The notes below the pieces were generated by a model. That model was not told the DNA's origin. It saw nothing but the letters and a program-made list of their open reading frames with translations, and ran no database searches. Both the position numbers and the translations under genes were made by a program. 64,000 nt of DNA from an uncultured delta proteobacterium. GTDB taxonomy: Bacteria > Desulfobacterota > Binatia > UBA9968. Where the stretch lies: the NCBI GenBank assembly GCA_963745835.1, contig CAVUZH010000015.1, forward strand, positions 96,001 through 160,000, read 5' to 3'. Below are positions 60,149-64,000 of the stretch, piece by piece (position 1 is the stretch's first letter; each line of letters starts with the position of its first letter).

Positions 60149-61327
60149 GTGATTTCCCGTTGGACTTTACTGCTGTTGTTATTGCTGCTCTTGGGCATTC
60201 CGGTTTCCGCTACAGCCCAGAAGGGCACGATCAAAATTGCCGTTCAAGCGCCGCTCTCAGGTGAACAAGCCGCTTTGGGCGAGCACATCAAGCTCGGTGC
60301 CCAGCTGGCGGTTGAAGAAGGGGCAAAATCATTCAAGTCGTTGGGGTACGACCTTGTGTTTGTTCCCTACGATGACCAAGCCAAACCAGAAGTCGGCGTC
60401 GCCAACGCAAGAAACCTGGTCGCCGACCCCGATGTCCTTGTTCTGGTAGGCCACTTCAATTCTGGGGTCGCGCTGCCTGCCTCCGAAGTCTATAAAGACG
60501 CGATGCTGGCGATGGTCTCGCCGGCCAACACGGCAACTGAGATTACCGATCGTGGCTATGCCAACGTTAATCGCGTTTGCGGCCGCGATGATGTCCAGGG
60601 ACCTGTCGGGGCCCGCTTTGCCGCCCAGGACCTAAAACTCAAATCGGTCTATATCATCCATGACAAAACGCTTTATGGGCAGGGCGTGGCGGACAACTTC
60701 CGCAACGAAGCAAAGAAACTAGGGCTCAATGTTTTGGGTTATGACGGCACTGAAGAGCGGGCGAACTTTGCCCCGATGATTATTCCATTGAAAGCGAAAA
60801 ATCCGGACTTGGTCTACTTCGGTGGCATCTATCATCAGGGTGGGTTGCTGCTAAAACAGATGCGTGAAAAGGGAGTGAAGGCGGCGTTCATGGGACCTGA
60901 TGGTTTGGATTCCTCGGAGATGGTTAAGATCGCCGGCCAGCATGTAACCGGATCCTACTATACAACCGTCGCCGGGCCGCCGGACGCTTATCCTGAGACT
61001 GCCGCTTTCACCAAGAAGTTCAAGCAGCGCTTCGGCAAAGAAGTCGAATCCTTCGCGATGTACGGATATGATGCGGCGCAAGTCGGAATCAAGGCGGTAG
61101 AACAAACGCTTAAAGCGAACGGCGGGAAAAAACCCAGCCGTGGGGAAGTTTCTGCGGCGGTGCGAAAGCTCAAAAATTTCAGAGGCGTAACCGGTGAGAT
61201 TAGTTTCGACAACAAAGGCGATCCCGTGAAGGCCAAGTACTTTGTCCTTCAATTCGAGAAGAGAAACTATCCCGGGAAAGTAGTCAAAGTCATCGAGCAG
61301 CAGGCCCCCCAAGCTAAGAAGTCATAG
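60149..61327 (+). CDS. branched-chain amino acid ABC transporter substrate-binding protein (LivJ/K-like)
   Basis: APLSG, YDDQAKP, VGHFNSG, DDVQG, YGQG, YGYDA. Confidence 0.93.
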   Translation: MISRWTLLLLLLLLLGIPVSATAQKGTIKIAVQAPLSGEQAALGEHIKLGAQLAVEEGAKSFKSLGYDLVFVPYDDQAKPEVGVANARNLVADPDVLVLVGHFNSGVALPASEVYKDAMLAMVSPANTATEITDRGYANVNRVCGRDDVQGPVGARFAAQDLKLKSVYIIHDKTLYGQGVADNFRNEAKKLGLNVLGYDGTEERANFAPMIIPLKAKNPDLVYFGGIYHQGGLLLKQMREKGVKAAFMGPDGLDSSEMVKIAGQHVTGSYYTTVAGPPDAYPETAAFTKKFKQRFGKEVESFAMYGYDAAQVGIKAVEQTLKANGGKKPSRGEVSAAVRKLKNFRGVTGEISFDNKGDPVKAKYFVLQFEKRNYPGKVVKVIEQQAPQAKKS

Positions 61328-61395
61328 TCGTCCAGCTTTCCATCACGTCGATGCGGGTCACGTATTGAGGCTCGCTTTCTGTACCTAATTCTTTC

Positions 61396-62481
61396 ATGAA
61401 AAATAAGTTGCGGATTGCCATTCTCTTCGGCGGCCGATCTGCCGAGCACGAAATTTCGCTAATTTCCGCGCGCAATATCGTCGCGGCAATGGATAAGAGC
61501 AAGTATGAGGTCATCGCCATCGGCATCGACAATCAAGGCCGTTGGTCCTACGACAAAGGCGCTCGTCTGTTGCGTGACGAGCAGAAGCGAGTCATGACAT
61601 TCGATGACGCAAAGTTGACCGCGATTTTACCCGGCGCTAAACAATCCAGTTTAGTTCCACTCGGCGGTGGTAGTCTGGGGGTCGACGTCGTGTTTCCGGT
61701 CCTTCACGGCCCTTTCGGCGAAGACGGAACGGTTCAGGGCCTGCTCAAGCTGGCCAACCTGCCGTTTGTCGGAGCGAGCGTTCTGGGATCCGCAATCGGC
61801 ATGGATAAGGATGTCATGAAGCGGCTGCTCCGCGATGCGAGCATCCCGGTCGGCCGATTTCATGCCTATGACCGCAGTACCGCAGATCGGATCAGATTTT
61901 CCCGCATCAAAAAAACGCTGGGCCAGCCGCTGTTCGTCAAACCCGCCAATCTCGGCTCGTCCGTTGGAATCAGCAAAGTAGCGAGCAGGACGGAACTGGA
62001 AGCAGCAGTAAAGAAAGCATTCCGATTTGACAATAAAATCCTGATCGAAGAATTCATCGAAGGTCGCGAGATCGAATGTTCGGTTCTGGGTAACGATGAT
62101 CCGATCGCATCGTTGCCGGGAGAGATCGTCACGGGTCATAATTTTTATTCCTATGAAGCAAAATATATCGACAACCAGGGGTCGCGCTTGGAGATCCCCG
62201 CCAAATTGCCCAGAGCGACCGTCAAATCCGTCCAGGAGATCGCAATTACCACCTACAAAACACTGTGCTGCGAAGGAATGGCGCGGGTCGATTTTTTCGT
62301 TAAGAACGACGGTCAGGTTCTGGTCAACGAGATCAACACAATCCCTGGTTTCACGCAAATAAGTATGTATCCGAAGATGTGGGAAGCAAGCGGGATTCCC
62401 TACCCCAAGCTAATCGACCGGCTGATCCAACTTGCTCTGCAGCGTTTCCAGCGGGAGCAACGTCTTCGAACCAGCGTCTAA
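61396..62481 (+). CDS. ddl: D-alanine-D-alanine ligase (DdlA type)
   Basis: FGGRSAEHEIS, LHGPFGEDG, KPANLGSSVG, NEINTIPGFT..SMYP. Confidence 0.97.
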   Translation: MKNKLRIAILFGGRSAEHEISLISARNIVAAMDKSKYEVIAIGIDNQGRWSYDKGARLLRDEQKRVMTFDDAKLTAILPGAKQSSLVPLGGGSLGVDVVFPVLHGPFGEDGTVQGLLKLANLPFVGASVLGSAIGMDKDVMKRLLRDASIPVGRFHAYDRSTADRIRFSRIKKTLGQPLFVKPANLGSSVGISKVASRTELEAAVKKAFRFDNKILIEEFIEGREIECSVLGNDDPIASLPGEIVTGHNFYSYEAKYIDNQGSRLEIPAKLPRATVKSVQEIAITTYKTLCCEGMARVDFFVKNDGQVLVNEINTIPGFTQISMYPKMWEASGIPYPKLIDRLIQLALQRFQREQRLRTSV

Positions 62482-62770
62482 ATCAACCAACCAGCGCGGT
62501 AAAAGCGCTCGGCGAGATCGGCCGCCGCGCATTCAATGTTTCACCAAGTGTCAGAAACGCTGAGAAGTTCCTGCCACGCGAGAGCACCCGCGAGAACCGG
62601 CACATTTTTAAGTGTCGGACTTTATCCCTGCAACATCCCCACACAGGCCCGTCCAGTTACAAGGCGTTCACCGGATGCCGCTCGAGATCGGAAAAATATC
62701 CATTCGCCGAGCGAGATCGCATCATAGGAGATTAGAACTATCTTGTAACGGGCATGCGAACCGGTCCCGT

Positions 62771-64000
62771 TCAATCCATCTGCCGTCTCAAAAACGTCGG
62801 AATGTCATACTTGTCATCTTCCTCTTGCCCGGTGCTCAACTGCAAGGCGCTCTTGCTGAGCGTCACCGTTTCTACTTCCTCGCTGCCGGGCTTCTTGCGC
62901 TGCCACGTGGGCGCGTCGAGGTCGTCAACGATTGTTCCGAGATGCACGACTTTCTTATTTTTGATCGGGTTGACGTTTGCCGCACTAGACGCACTGTTGG
63001 GAACGTGATTCATGGTATTCAAGGTGTTCATGGAAGAGACATGGCCGGAACTTGTGATAACCGGTTTGCGGTCGTCCTTGCCTTCTCCAAAACCCGTTGC
63101 AATCACCGTGATGCGGATTTCATCGAGCATGGTTTCGTCTATAACCGCGCCGAAAATGATATTCGCCTCATCGTGAGCCTCTTCCTGAATCATTGAAGCC
63201 GCCTCGTTCACTTCATGCAGACAGAGATCGGGCCCGCCGGTGATGTTGATCAGAACGCCGCGCGCGCCTTGAATCGAAATGTCTTCGAGCAGCGGACTCG
63301 ATATTGCTCGCTGCGCCGCTTCGATGGCGCGATTCTCCCCGGTGGCGGTTGAAGCGCCCATCAGCGCCAAGCCCATCTCCGCCATGACCGTCCTGACATC
63401 GGCGAAATCAAGATTGATCAAGCCCGGCGTGATAATCAGATCAGAGATCCCTCTGACTGCTTGAAGCAGCACTTCGTCCGCTTTATGGAACGCTTCCAAC
63501 ATCGTTGTTGTTTTAGCGGCGATGCTCAGCAGCCTCTGATTTGGGATAACGATCAGGGTGTCGACGCTACTCTTGAGCTCTGCGATGCCCTCTTCTGCCT
63601 GCCGCATCCGCTTCTTACCTTCGAATATGAAGGGCTTCGTGACCACACCCACCGTCAACGCGCCGACTTCGCGCGCGACCCTGGCTATCACCGGCGCCCC
63701 CCCGGTTCCCGTTCCACCACCCATGCCGGCGGTGATAAAAATCATATCGGAACCGGCTAAGTACTCTTTGATGGTTTCCTGATCCTCCAAAGCCGCGCGC
63801 CGGCCGATTTCCGGATTGGCGCCGGCTCCAAGTCCTTTGGTCACCGCCCCACCCAGCTGGATTCGTACGGGTGCGCGACTGGCATCCAGGGACTGCGCGT
63901 CGGTGTTTGCTACCAAAAACTCGACGCCGTTCAGCTTACCGCCGATCATCGTGTTCACCGCATTACCACCGCCGCCACCGATGCCGATGACCTTGATACG
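62771..64000 (-). CDS. ftsZ: cell division protein FtsZ, 5'-truncated by window edge
   Basis: [13 protein letters not shown] at edge, [16 protein letters not shown]-terminal DIPTFLRRQ. Confidence 0.98.
   Translation of the reverse strand, partial: RIKVIGIGGGGGNAVNTMIGGKLNGVEFLVANTDAQSLDASRAPVRIQLGGAVTKGLGAGANPEIGRRAALEDQETIKEYLAGSDMIFITAGMGGGTGTGGAPVIARVAREVGALTVGVVTKPFIFEGKKRMRQAEEGIAELKSSVDTLIVIPNQRLLSIAAKTTTMLEAFHKADEVLLQAVRGISDLIITPGLINLDFADVRTVMAEMGLALMGASTATGENRAIEAAQRAISSPLLEDISIQGARGVLINITGGPDLCLHEVNEAASMIQEEAHDEANIIFGAVIDETMLDEIRITVIATGFGEGKDDRKPVITSSGHVSSMNTLNTMNHVPNSASSAANVNPIKNKKVVHLGTIVDDLDAPTWQRKKPGSEEVETVTLSKSALQLSTGQEEDDKYDIPTFLRRQMD

Noticed and set aside
62482-62770. ORFs between ddl and ftsZ
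   Set aside because: Convergent intergenic region; translations show no family features
1-64000. CRISPR array, rRNA or intact transposase
   Set aside because: No regularly spaced repeats, rRNA signatures or transposase motifs seen; most other short ORFs are antisense shadows of real genes

Overview
Bacterial chromosomal window of moderately high GC. Gene order and style (rpsF-rpsR-DUF2232-rplI, ispE-spoVG-tRNA-Gln-prs-rplY-pth, many NMT1-type binding proteins, cupins, UbiD) suggest a deltaproteobacterial-type organism such as Candidatus Binatia; this is inference only. Housekeeping blocks: ribosomal/prs/ispE with tRNA-Gln and tRNA-Arg; ssrA-smpB-panCB-dNK; gshA-mtnA; acpS; ddl; ftsZ. Accessory blocks: an ApbC/SufT/MEMO operon, a Na+-translocating acyl-CoA decarboxylase cluster with an unannotated OadG-like gene, a multi-GAF/PAS phosphorelay, a MoeA-pair plus tungsten-type aldehyde oxidoreductase island, a UbiD/Pht5-like/gentisate-dioxygenase/heme-oxygenase-like diiron enzyme cluster, and a decayed island at the tmRNA 3' end. 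Best candidates for undescribed biology: (i) two Xis/BldC-like HTH genes sharing a sigma54 promoter plus ~10-bp phased TGGACAA repeats, one promoter sitting in a perfect 39-bp palindrome; (ii) the diiron-oxidase aromatic catabolic cluster; (iii) the divergent AOR island; (iv) a precise TA-to-TA inversion inside an M24 pseudogene. Several single-base frameshifts in otherwise intact genes may be assembly errors. All family assignments come from motif recognition by eye, not from database searches.
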